Of a DNA stretch of 53,891 nucleotides, positions 10,960 through 22,300 are shown one piece after another. Each line of letters starts with the position of its first letter. The first letter of the stretch is position 1. The stretch spans positions 1-53,891 of the forward strand of contig FLMG01001958.1 in NCBI GenBank assembly GCA_900088475.1, given 5' to 3'. Below the pieces are notes generated by a model, which searched no databases, was not told the origin of the DNA, and saw only the letters and a list, made by a program, of their open reading frames with translations. A program made the translations under genes and the position numbers. The stretch is from Hyphochytrium catenoides. Taxonomy: Eukaryota > Protista > Hyphochytriomycota.

Positions 10960-13610
10960 ATGTAAATGCATGTCAATACATTGGTTATCCATATAAGCAT
11001 GGTTCTTGGTGAAAGCTGGCCTATTATTGGTTGCAGCTCCTACGTAATGGACCCAAGGCAACGGGTCAAGACGTCTGCTTCTTGGCAAGGGTGTTCGTAG
11101 AAACCTCATGTACAAGCTTCTTACAGCGCATGTGTGAGCTCTGGGAGGACCCTGCATCGAGCGCTCATAAAGCGGCGATTGATGCTTACATTGACTGAAA
11201 GGAAGATAGAAGTCAAAATGAGAGAAGCAATACTGAAGGCTCAAGTTCGTTCCTTCTCCTGCCCCACCATCGGCAGAGAGACGACATCACCTCCTTATTT
11301 TCCTGCAATGCTGAAGAGACGAAACTTCCACGCATATTTCCTATAGAACTACTGTGAGGACTGAGGATTCACACACTCAGGCCAGCTCTCAGGCCCATTC
11401 TTATCCCATAACATGGACCAGCTGGAGCGGCTAACGGCCTTAAGTAGGGTCACCGGTACAGTCGCTGCACACTCGCAGACCCGTTCGCTTATTCGCGCAA
11501 CAAGGCAATCGCGGAAGTAGGAGACGCTGTGAGCGAAGTCAAAACCCGTGGAGAACGCCTCTTTCCCACTGTGTTACTCTTATACAAGAGGCCCGAGAGG
11601 GCAGGCTTTGCCGAGCACTGATCAGCAAGGAGCGTCGATCTCTTCTTCTTTCAACCGTGCAACTCAGAGGGAGAAACAGGGAACTCTTTTGTGGATGATT
11701 AACCATCATCAGGCAGAGGTGCTCATGCCCTGTCACTGTGGTTGAGGAAAACCACCTCTCGTGAGAGTATGACGGTCAATGCTGACTCTTCTCAGTTCGT
11801 GATGCTGCCGTGGATGCTAGCTCTCTACTCTGGGATGTCTTCTCTTATGGACGCCCTCAACTATCATATTCTCACCTTCCTGGAACTCCCACGTCGGCTG
11901 TCTGTCTTTCCTTTCACTGAGTCAGCCAGTGGCTTTAAGATACTGCTGCAGTCACTTACAGAAGACCAGCGGGCAGCACTAGAGCCGCTCTACCAGACCG
12001 TTGGCGGTCCGTTTGCACTCTCGATGTTCGATTTGAGCATCATCCCTCTAGACTCTATGGGATGTTGGAACCTAAGCTTCGTTGTCTTAGTGCTGCTCCT
12101 TTGCTGCCATGCAGAGCATCTCGCCTTTCTATAGGCGGCCGCTTTTCGGACTGGGCTCGTCCTATCTACTGCTTCTTCCTTGGCTTCTGACAGTATTTGG
12201 ACTTGTTGCTTATTTGGGGCGGAGCCTGGCTGTTAGCTATTGGGACTAATCTTTACTTTGAGGAGAGGACTGCGCCAGGGGAATGAAGACATGTTCACAC
12301 TGGCACCTGCTGTGAAGAAGGAAGGGCGACGACTGCACTTAAAGCAAAGGGCTGTCACAAGCTGATGCTGGATATGAACACGGACGGTGTAATGAAGATT
12401 TTCTTCAGCCGTGGCGCAGTCCTGGACGAGTCTTAGCCCGGGGCAGAAAGCTTTTGTCTGCTGGATAAAGGGAAAAGTATCTATGGCTCGGGTGAGAACA
12501 GAGAACAGCGAAAGGGCCAATACATAGATGATTTTCAGGAGGCTGGAGCTACTCTGGCTCTCGATGGAGGCAAGAGTTTGCCTGAACTCCCTTTGCTCTC
12601 CATAGGCACAGCTGCAATGGCTAGGATTCTCCTATAGACGAGGACAGGCACAGGAGTGATGCGATATCATTCTTGCTTTTGTTACATTGGCATTCAGGTT
12701 AACCCGTCAGAGCTCGACGGTAATAGGAACAGGATGTCGTTCCGCTGTCATACATAATGTATTGAGTGGCAGAAAGATCTCTGCTAGTACACCTCTCCAG
12801 GCCAGTCGCGCCAATGATAAGAACAGATGAGACCTCCCTGCTGGCTTGTGCCCAAGGACTATGCATCAACCCCTATCCAAAGACAACCGCTTCAAAATGA
12901 ATGTCACCGTTGTTAAGGACCAGCTCCGTTCCGCCTTATCTCTAGCAGTCAGCACGTGTTGGCGCAAGTCTCATGATCGTCCAGGCCGCGGTCAGCAGTC
13001 TGCCAACACGATCTTAAGACTCATCACAGAAAAGAAGCAAGAACACGAGGGAGCTCAGAACTATCCCTCAGGACTGCGATTACTACTCATACCTGTTCTT
13101 AGGGTCAGCGATAAGCTATAGCGTTATTTGGGATCTGGCGTGTTGGAATGTTGGAACCATGGGATCAGGTTCATCATGGGTTCACAGGAAACTATTATTC
13201 TGAATATAGGAATATCGGTTATTTTCGGACATGGGCACTGTTGTGTCCATCTTCATCCTCATCTCTGCTGCTGCTTGGACTGACAAGAACTGCTGCTGCT
13301 CCAATATCGCCATCCGCCTGAACGCCATCATCCCTGCCCCGCCTTCTGCATCCCTATCGCCGTCTGCTGTGCGTCAGCTTTCTCCAGGTTGCGGAGGATC
13401 TCGCTGACGTTGTTGAGAAAGAAGGCCATCTCTAGTAGGAAGACTCTTGGAAAGTCACACCCAGGAAATGTGTGTCCAGTGCGCAGCTTGAAGTAAGATC
13501 CTTGTGGCTCACTGAGTGATTGGGCGTAACAGAGAAGGCTGCACCTGACTTCAATATCTACTGGGCGGAAGGGAACAGCTCCTCCTACCAGTGCTATTCC
13601 ATCCAATGAC
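10960..13610 (-). mobile_element. Decayed non-LTR retrotransposon (CRE/R2-like RT) relic
   Basis: Disrupted minus-strand motifs in the expected order: IAL..FRPVDI (~13555-13595), MAFRRMAIL (NAF-like, ~13300-13330), PEG/VLSSLVF (QG motif-like, ~13040-13075), GLDD (~12980), LRLVQDC..LHYTVR (~12380-12440), MRFLRTPLP..DP..VHY..TKNH (C-terminal knuckle/RH-like, ~10995-11110). Confidence 0.4.
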
Positions 13611-13858
13611 TGTGCCTGCGAAGTAGTCCTTCTGCCTCTGCACCTTCATCAGTCTGTGGAGGTGTACCTCCACACACCACCCAGGGTTTGAATGGAAACG
13701 TATCTTGATGCTTTCTAAAACTAAGGTAGAGGAGGAGCGCAGTTGGAGCCATTCAGTTCACACTATATAAGATGTCTTAAGCAGAAATATCCTGCACTTA
13801 CACTGTCGAAGCGGATCCAGGTCCGATCTCAAGACCGTTAAGTCTGTCATCCTACTCC

Positions 13859-16800
13859 ATGGAGAAAGCTGAGGCTGCTGCGGCAGGCCTTACACCTTCT
13901 GAGAGTGGGACCCAATTGGCTACAAGCTCCTACTGGCAGGACACCCTGAAGATTCAGATTCCGCCAGCTGGGAGTGAGGGCCCATTCTCTCGTGAGTCTA
14001 CTCCGCGGGCTGAGAAGAACGGACTCATACAGATAGTCTTTGAGCAGGTTTGCCCTTCTTTTTGCCCTGGCTTAACCCTTACATTAGTGTGGCAGAGAGG
14101 CGGATGGTGTTCTGCAGTCGATAGTCCTCTGCCTGGTACTCTGCACAGAGGCAATCCTCTCTCTTAACACCTTTCCTTTCAACTCGCTTTGTTTCCAGGA
14201 GGAAGGTTATGTGACGAACATCTTCCGTGTACGGTATACAACAACCCTGGCAGAGATTCGTGAGCTGGTGGCCAAAAAGCGGCAGCTGACAGCTGAAGGG
14301 GTGAAGGCCTATGGTGTCACCATGACCCTTGCCGACGAGAAAGGTGCGTCTAACACTTTTCACCGGGTGTCGTCTAGGTGCATTTCTTGCCATTCTGTAA
14401 TGATTCTTCGGTTCTTCTTTTCTTCTCTACCTCTCTTTGCCTTTCAATATCGTCTCCCACGACCTGCATCCTAAGTTTGGTTGGCTAAGCGCCATGAAAT
14501 CCTAAGTATCTGTAACGTTGAGTCTCAGCACCCTCATTATCTATAATTTACTTACCGTCATATGTAGGCGTTCATAGAAAAATCCGGGACATTAATGATG
14601 ATGAGATGCTTTTGCAGCTGGCGGAGGAGTACCGTCAGCAGTATCCCAACGAGATTTCTAGCCTTTCATCGCCAAGTGCCCGGACCAGTCCAGCATCTCG
14701 AGGAGGAACAGGGAAGTTCACCCAGGAGGACCTAAAGGCCGTGAAAAGTGGACGTGGAAGACAGGGAAAGTACCGGATAAAGTTCCTCTTCAGAGTACGT
14801 ATTGGGTTTGTGACTTAACCTACCCTGCTGTTTACCTACACTGTCCCAATATTGCCCTTAGCTCTTCATTGGCTCCTCACGCTTTCTATTCATGTGCTGG
14901 TATTCAGTGCACTACGTTATTCTTACCTCTGTGTTCTGCCCTCACGTTTAAGTCTTTATTTCTTTTTCGCACTGTAGCGGCCTATGAAGTCCGCTGGTGT
15001 TTCTCAGAATAGCGGGACAAATGCCTCCTCGGGGACTGACCCGGCAGACTACTTCTCTCTGGTCCAGCAGTTGGGCTCCGTAAGTGACACTCAAAAGGGC
15101 TCCTTGGTATTTACACTTACACTAAACAACTCTCCAGGGTGAGCGCTCAGGCTATCTTTACAAAATAAGCAAGAAGAAAAAGGGTGTTGTTCGTAAACGA
15201 TGGTTCGTCCTGAAGGTAGGCAACCAATGGGTAGAGTGTAAAACGACGCTACGTTTGGCCTGTTAAGGCGGGAGAGGGCTGATGTGATGAGAGAAGCGCG
15301 TCAGAACCCAGGACATGCAAGCAGTGGAATCTGTTGCGACGTGTTCTTGGTGCTAACAACTCTCGTAAGGATGACTGCTTATGGTATTGCCCATCTCACG
15401 AGGACCAGAAGATAATAAAGTGCATTCCGCTGGTTTCCAGTGAGATCATTGACGCGGAGGTGGGCTGCATTGAATGCTGTCTTATTGGCTCTTGGATACT
15501 TACTGCTTACGTTTTGAACCCTTCAGCATGTCTACCAGTACTGCTTTGAGGTCAACACACCTCAAAGAGTATACCAGGTAAGGGGTAGCACTTGTAAGAG
15601 AACCTTCCTCCTGTTTTCTCTTATTGAGACGTTCTTGCTCACTCCCCTTTATTTAACGTCACTCCTCGCCTAAGAGCACCCTCTGCTCCTTCCCAGTTTC
15701 AGTTGGAAAGCTCCGCGAAGTCTTCATCGTTACGCATCTGGGCTCGAGAAGAGGCTAACGTACTTCACTCCATCTCTCAGCTATTGGCAGGCAGTAAGGC
15801 GGATATGCTTGCTTGGATGAGTGCGCTCAACCGCCAAGTGGAGGTAGCGTCCAAGAATGATCTCATTGCTATTGCGGACCACATAATCTGCGACGAGGTA
15901 TCGAGAGCATTTGGCTGAAAGGGTTGGGAAGGGATAGCTCGAGTCTATTCCGGCGGATGTTTCCGTTCGGCTTCTTTACGCTCTCCCTCGTACAGGAGCA
16001 ATCAGCCACGAGAAGGGAGGAGAATTTTATCAGAAGCTTGATGAGGTCGTTTACAAACAATCTCTCTTTGAAGGTGAGGAAGGTCAATGGAGAACACTGT
16101 GTATTCTGGTGAAACCTGACTTGATCTGTGATGCAATGGCTTGGATGGTGTCCTAGCCGATGTATGATGTCGTCTCCCAGTATCTAAAGCACGAGGAGAA
16201 GCTGCACTGGCTGCAAGCCTATCAAGAGTTACAAAGCACACTCGCAGGGATAGACTCTAAGGCCATCTTGTGGCAGGAGGTCAGTCACTGGCGTCTCTAG
16301 CTTGGCCGGGCTTTACGGCTTCCATCCCCGATCTCGTCTTTGTCTCGTTTGACCTCACCTTCCTGGGATTCCCTTACCATCTTGCTTGGTTATGCTGTCT
16401 GACAGTCATAATCTCTTGCCAGGCTCAGAGCCACGTCCAACGCATATATCAGAGCTACTTTCAGGTAAGAAAAGCTCAATCTCGACTCTCGGTTACGACA
16501 AACAGCATCATTCTGTCTTAAGCTCACTCATCTTCATTTCAGGATCCTGGTTCAGCCATATACATTGATGCTCCAAACCTCGCACACCTCAGAGAGAGAC
16601 TAGCAGACGTATCAGCTTTATCCAGTCCCCCTTCAATGGTAAAGCCACATACTCTCCCATCGGGAATCCAAAGATTGAGTCTGACCCACGCTTCAAAGAT
16701 CGGCAGCAGCGAGAGGGGCGATGTAAGAGCGATCCTCAAGCTTCTGGAAGCAACACGTGTGGAGATAGCGCGAAGCATTGATGAGGTGAACATACGTATC

Positions 16801-17058
16801 TCACTATCCTTTGGCTTCACCACCTTACCTCTGAGTTCCTCAGGGGCCATTCAAACGACTCAAGCAGAGAAGACAATATGCCAGATCATTGGCGATAATG
16901 GTGCATTCAGTTAATCTCCAGCAATTCGTGGGGCATTCCATGTCTAACTCTTGAAATCTGATTTCGTCTCACAGGTGCTGCAGCTGCGCAAACGGGATAG
17001 ATTGAAGCGGCAACGCAGCTCGCTGCGCTCACAGAAAGGCAGCCCTAGGCTATCATAG
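13859..17058 (+). CDS. RA (ubiquitin-like) - PH - RGS-like domain protein, ~513 aa, 15 exons
   Basis: Exons 13859-14047, 14199-14343, 14568-14794, 14978-15079, 15138-15215, 15370-15459, 15527-15577, 15781-15897, 15996-16073, 16181-16279, 16423-16464, 16543-16638, 16699-16785, 16844-16900, 16975-17058. All GT-AG and phase-consistent (1542 nt). RA: IRDINDDEMLL..KFLFR. PH: SGYLYK..RKRWFVLK..FEVNTPQRVYQL..MLAWMSAL. RGS-like: YLKHEEKLHW..RIYQSYF..IYID..GPFKRL. Confidence 0.85.
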
Positions 17059-19357
17059 TGCTCATGGCCAAGAGTGTAAACCTCTATTAAATCTCTGGTA
17101 TAACGCCATCAGAGATACATCCTCTCTCTCCTTTCCAAAGCTCCATTGCCCTTACTATTTGAAGTAGTTGGGTCCATCAGTGCCTAGTCGTCTTTTCTGA
17201 CCAGTTAGCGCTAGGAGCCCATGTGTATAAATACCTATCACTGTTCACCCAAACTTTGACATTGAACCATAGCCTCAAGGCAGGCGGGATGGTCTCGCAC
17301 CCCGCATCCAGAGGTAGCTTCGAGCTCTTCATGCCTCATAACCTCTTTGAGATTATAACACATTCCGTCGTTCACAGCGGTTCTGGCGACAGGAAAGTGA
17401 TCACCTAGAAGCTCGACAAATAAAAGCTATTTTGAGGCTTAGGAGTAACAGACAGTTCCCAGACTTCACACATTATTGGACAGGTTATACCTACTTGTAG
17501 AACTTCCAGGCAATAATCTTCCAGGGTCTTCAGCCATGATGCTGTTGTCACTTCGAACAAAAAGATTGACCAGGAATGCAACGGTGGCACTGGCGGCAGC
17601 CCCATCGCAATGCAGAGAAAGTAGGGGCAGATAAACTACAGCATTATTTTTCTCAGCGATGGTACTATATCAAGCTCCTGACCTTGGAAAGTACACTGCG
17701 GTATAGCTTATAGGCTGATATGACTGTCACTGACCCTGTCACGTCTGTACGTATGGCTCCGAATATGAGACAAAGTGAGGGTTTAAGGGGGGGAAGTGAT
17801 TGTAAGCTGGGCCCGCAGAGGCCCTTCACGACGGAGGGATGACCGTTTGCACCGAAGCAGAGTACCTGATTGAGAAATGGAAACAGCTAAATGGGACTGA
17901 TTATCATGACGCTTACCAACCCAGACAATTGTGGAAAACATAACAGCGAGCAACAGAATAGCACTTTAATCAATGTTATGGGTCTTGGTCAATCTTCTCA
18001 AGCCTACATGCGGTGCATTATGTAGATTCAATAAAACGGGAAAGGAACAGCTTCCACCGACAGCAGCCAAGAATGACATCAGCATGGACGATGCCCTGCA
18101 CCTTGAGCGCTCCCCCTGACGCAAGGTAGGTCATTGGTAACCCTTCCTTCTAGTCTGAGGCCACTCTTGCGCATCACCTGGACCTCAGTAAGTGCGATGC
18201 AATAGCATCGTCATCGTCGTCTGCCCAGTTATCTATAGAAGGGCGATTTATCACCAGACACCTGTTGGTGCTGTCTGGGGTTCTATCTCTCTTTTGCTCT
18301 ATGAAAGTCTATGAAGGATCTTCTAACAATCTTCATCATGGCCATCATCGCCATCATCCATCAGATCAGGCCAGCTCCTTCCTCCTTCCTTCAATGTACA
18401 ATTACGCCATTTTTGACAATTATTGACAAACGCCATTGTTCAGTTTATTTCACAAAATGCGTAAGAATAGGTTAGTAAATTCACAGCACTCGAGCCAAGA
18501 AGATGAGGGGCCTCTGCCAAAATTGACTTTATGTCAACAGTGACGATGAGGACAGGGTGCTCGCATTTGTAATACAGTTTCCAACCCACACCAGCCTTCT
18601 TGGCAAGGAATTATTTGGGGCAGGAAAGCTATGCTGGGTTTTCTTGTGTTCTGGTTATAATTGTTAGGCCTCCCTCCGACCTATCAACGTGTGTTTGTCT
18701 GGTTGTGTGGCGTGTCCAGGGTTGGAGGGTTGGGGAAATTTGGGGTCCATTTGCTTGTAACAATAAGAAACCTAACCGACAAACATAATTGTACTAACCA
18801 GGAGACAGACTAATAAGAGATAGGCTTCCATCAAGACAGAGAGCCAGGATACGTATTTTACCTATGCTAATCCGGAAACCGAGATGGGTGTTAGAGAGGA
18901 AGAGTCAGTGAAAGAGGCATGTTGGAGGCAGCAGGGTGGACGGGGTCAGCAGGGCAGGTGCCACCATAATAACAGCCCCTAACAATGGCGGTGCAGGGAG
19001 AGAGAGACAGAGAGACAGAGAGCAAGAAAGATGGCGGTGATCAGTGAGTTAGAGGCATGTGAGCTTTTCTTCAATGCGAGCCAGAGCTATCGTCATTGAC
19101 CTCCTCGCGTCTCCAATTGAGAAACGCGATGATGAGGCTTCAGACGGGCAAATGAAGGCTCACAGACAGGCAGAGGAGCTTTATGGTGACGGCATCGACT
19201 GGCGGAAAGAGGTACTTTGGCAGAGAATAGGACTGAGTTGATGACTCGTCGGCCGTTCGTAGCCATCTGATACCGCTTCTCTGTTAGCGTAGGGGAGGAT
19301 GCATCGAGAAGACGAGCTAAACCATTGTAAGTTCTGGGACTGAAAGTCACGATAAGA

Positions 19358-22300
19358 ATGGAGCGGCACTGCGTCTGGGTGCCCGATAAGCGGGTAGCTT
19401 GGATTCAGGCTGAGGTGGTCTCAAGCATGGGGAGCTCTGTGGTGGTGGACATTGTCCAAGATGCTGAGGAGGTGATGAAGGGGAACTTTGAGCGGCCAGA
19501 AGAGTTAGAGCGGCGGACAGTTCTCGTCAATGCGGTTACCAAGTTGATTAGAACTCCAGGTAAAGTTCTCCCGTCGCTGACACTGCTTACGCTGCTTTAT
19601 GTTGACTAAATGGGCATCTGATTCTGGTGCTGACCTTCTCCATCGTCAATAGGGTCACCTGACGAAGCGAACTTTCTCCCCCTGGTGAATGGTACAATGG
19701 GTCATAGCGGTATTGAGGACATGAGAGATTTGACATACCTCCATGAACCAGCGCTGCTTGACAACCTACGGAGGCGTTTCTTCGCCGAACTCCCTTGTAA
19801 GAAATATTGTCAGAGAGCCGCACCTCTTTCTTTTGAAAGGTAGAACTTGCTCCCATCTCACCCCTTGGTTCTCTACGACCAGACACTTATGCCGGGGACG
19901 TGCTGATTAGCGTCAACCCATACAACTGGCTCGATATCTATGACGAATCGTACCAGAAGAAGTATATGGACGGGTATGACAATAAACCCCTCTCTCTTTC
20001 AGTTGTTGGAGACTACTGACAGGACTACTTTATAAGCGTTACGTCCGAGCATCGTTTTTCATTCCTTCGCTTCTAGCGGCATGACCAGAGAGCTGTAAAG
20101 CTCTTTACTCGTGTTGGCATCTCTCTCTTTCCTCTCTGCTGATTGACGTTGTCTAACTCTAGAAATAGGTCGGAGGAGCTGGCCCCACATCCTTATGCCA
20201 TCTCGGCTAGGGCGTACATGAATGCTATCGATAAGTGCAAAAACCAGACGATTCTTGTCAGTGGAGACTCGGGTGCAGGGAAGACGGAAATGGTCAAAAT
20301 GCTCATGGAACACCTGGCGTTTCTTTCTTCCTGCTCTGGAACTGCCCCTGCTGACGTCATGCACAGCAATGACACAGTCATAAGGGTGTTAGAGTCAAAC
20401 CCTCTCCTGGAGACCTTCGGCAACGCACTAACAACGCAGAATGATAACAGCAGCAGGTTTAGCAAATTTGTTCAGATGCAGTTTGACGCTTCCGGCCGCT
20501 TGCTGGGCTCCGTGACCTCAGTTTATCTTCTGGAGAAGAGTCGCGTGGTGCACCTGGATGGAGGAAACAAGAACTTTCATATCTTTTATCAAATCCTTAG
20601 TTTGCCAGTAGAGCAAAGGAAGCGCTACTATTTGGAACTTCGATTGGAGGACTATCAATACGTGGTGCCCCCAAAGGGGGCTATGGCAAAAGATCCCGAA
20701 CTCGCAGTGGAACCGACGTGCTTCGAAGACACGGTGAATGAACTCGAAGTAGTAGGCATCTCTGAGGAGGAACGGAGGCAGATCTTTGAATTGATCGCTG
20801 GCATTCTAAACACTGGTAACTTGGAGATCATTACCTCGCGGGAGAACTCCGAAGGGTCCGACATTGCAAGCAGAGATCAGCTTGCCATAGTGGCAACGCT
20901 GTTTGGCGTAACACCCGCGGAGCTAGCTTCCGTTCTCTGCACTCGTTCAATCACAGCCCGGGACGAAGAGTACTCGGTTCTACTACGTAGAGAACAGGCT
21001 ATTGACTGCCGAGATGGCCTAGCCAAGGCGGTGTACGAGCGGCTCTTTCTCTGGTTGGTAGATAGAATTAATCGGTCAACCGGAGGCTATTCTGCCTTTC
21101 TAGAAATTGGTCTTCTGGATATCTTTGGCTTCGAGTGTTTCGCACACAACTCTTTTGAGCAGCTGAACATCAACTACACGAATGAAAAGCTGCAGCAGAT
21201 TTTCATCGCCAACGTGGTAGAAAGCGTGCAAGAAGAGTATCTTGCAGAGGGGTTTCACTGGGCACCTCTGTCACCGCCGGATAATAGGGACGTTCTAGAG
21301 CTACTGGATGGAAAGCTCGGCATCTTCTCGATGCTCAACGAAGAATGTGTGCTGCCCCAGGGCAGCGACCAGTCATTTCTCAGCAAGCTCGTCAGCCGGC
21401 ATGGGAGCCATCCACGGCTCGTCCGACCGCCACCTAAGCAGGCCGGAAGCGTCTTCATTATCAAGCATTACGCAGGGGAAATTAAGTACACCGTAGGTGG
21501 CTTTTTAGAGAAGAACAAGGACACCCTAAACTCGACTGTCGTCTCTCTTCTTTCCAAGAGCAAATCGCCGGTTCTACGAAGCCTCTTCCGCCAATTTGAC
21601 TTCACATTGACAAAGAGAGCGTCTCCGAGAGGAGCCGGAACACCGGGAAGCAGGGCCTCTCCAAACAATAGGAAGCGAAACCTGTCCATGATAACGACTC
21701 CCACAGTCGCCCAGCAGTTTCAGGTGCAGTTATCGGAGTTGGTGCAAGGCATCACGAGCAGTGATATGAGCTACGTTCGCTGTCTCAAGCCAAACAAGCT
21801 TAAGAGCTCTTCAATATTTGATGGACTGACGGTAGTTCAGCAGCTCAGACTCTCAGGTAAGCCCACTTGAGATTGTACCAGGTTACTGGACAAAAGAGGC
21901 ACACTCCAAACAAGTTCATGTCCACCCTCATTAATTATCCGACGTCTATCATTGGCTGTGGCTCGGATCCCTTCTGCTTATTGGAGATCAATACTTAATG
22001 CCTTTTCCTCTGACCTGCCTTCTTTACCGCTTTTTCCTCTGGACTAGGCATCATTGAGGCGATCTACATTAGTCGATCGAAATTCTCTTCTAGAATGACC
22101 TTTGAGGACTTCTATAACCGCTTCCGCATCCTTGGACATGGTAATGGAGACAGAACCTCTGCAACAGGTGAGAAAGTTGCTTGAGATAGGTGCTAGTCGG
22201 AGAAGTTTTGAGAAAGACCACTCGGTGAAGCAGCGAGTGAAATGTAATTCTGTTTAAGGCTTGATTGGCGCCATGAAAGGATTGATTTGACTGCATCAGA

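Noticed and set aside
17100-19300. Possible gene, or fusion exons, between the RA-PH-RGS gene and the myosin
   Set aside because: Only short ORFs. The upstream gene has a clean stop and the myosin has its own ATG with an SH3-like N-terminus.
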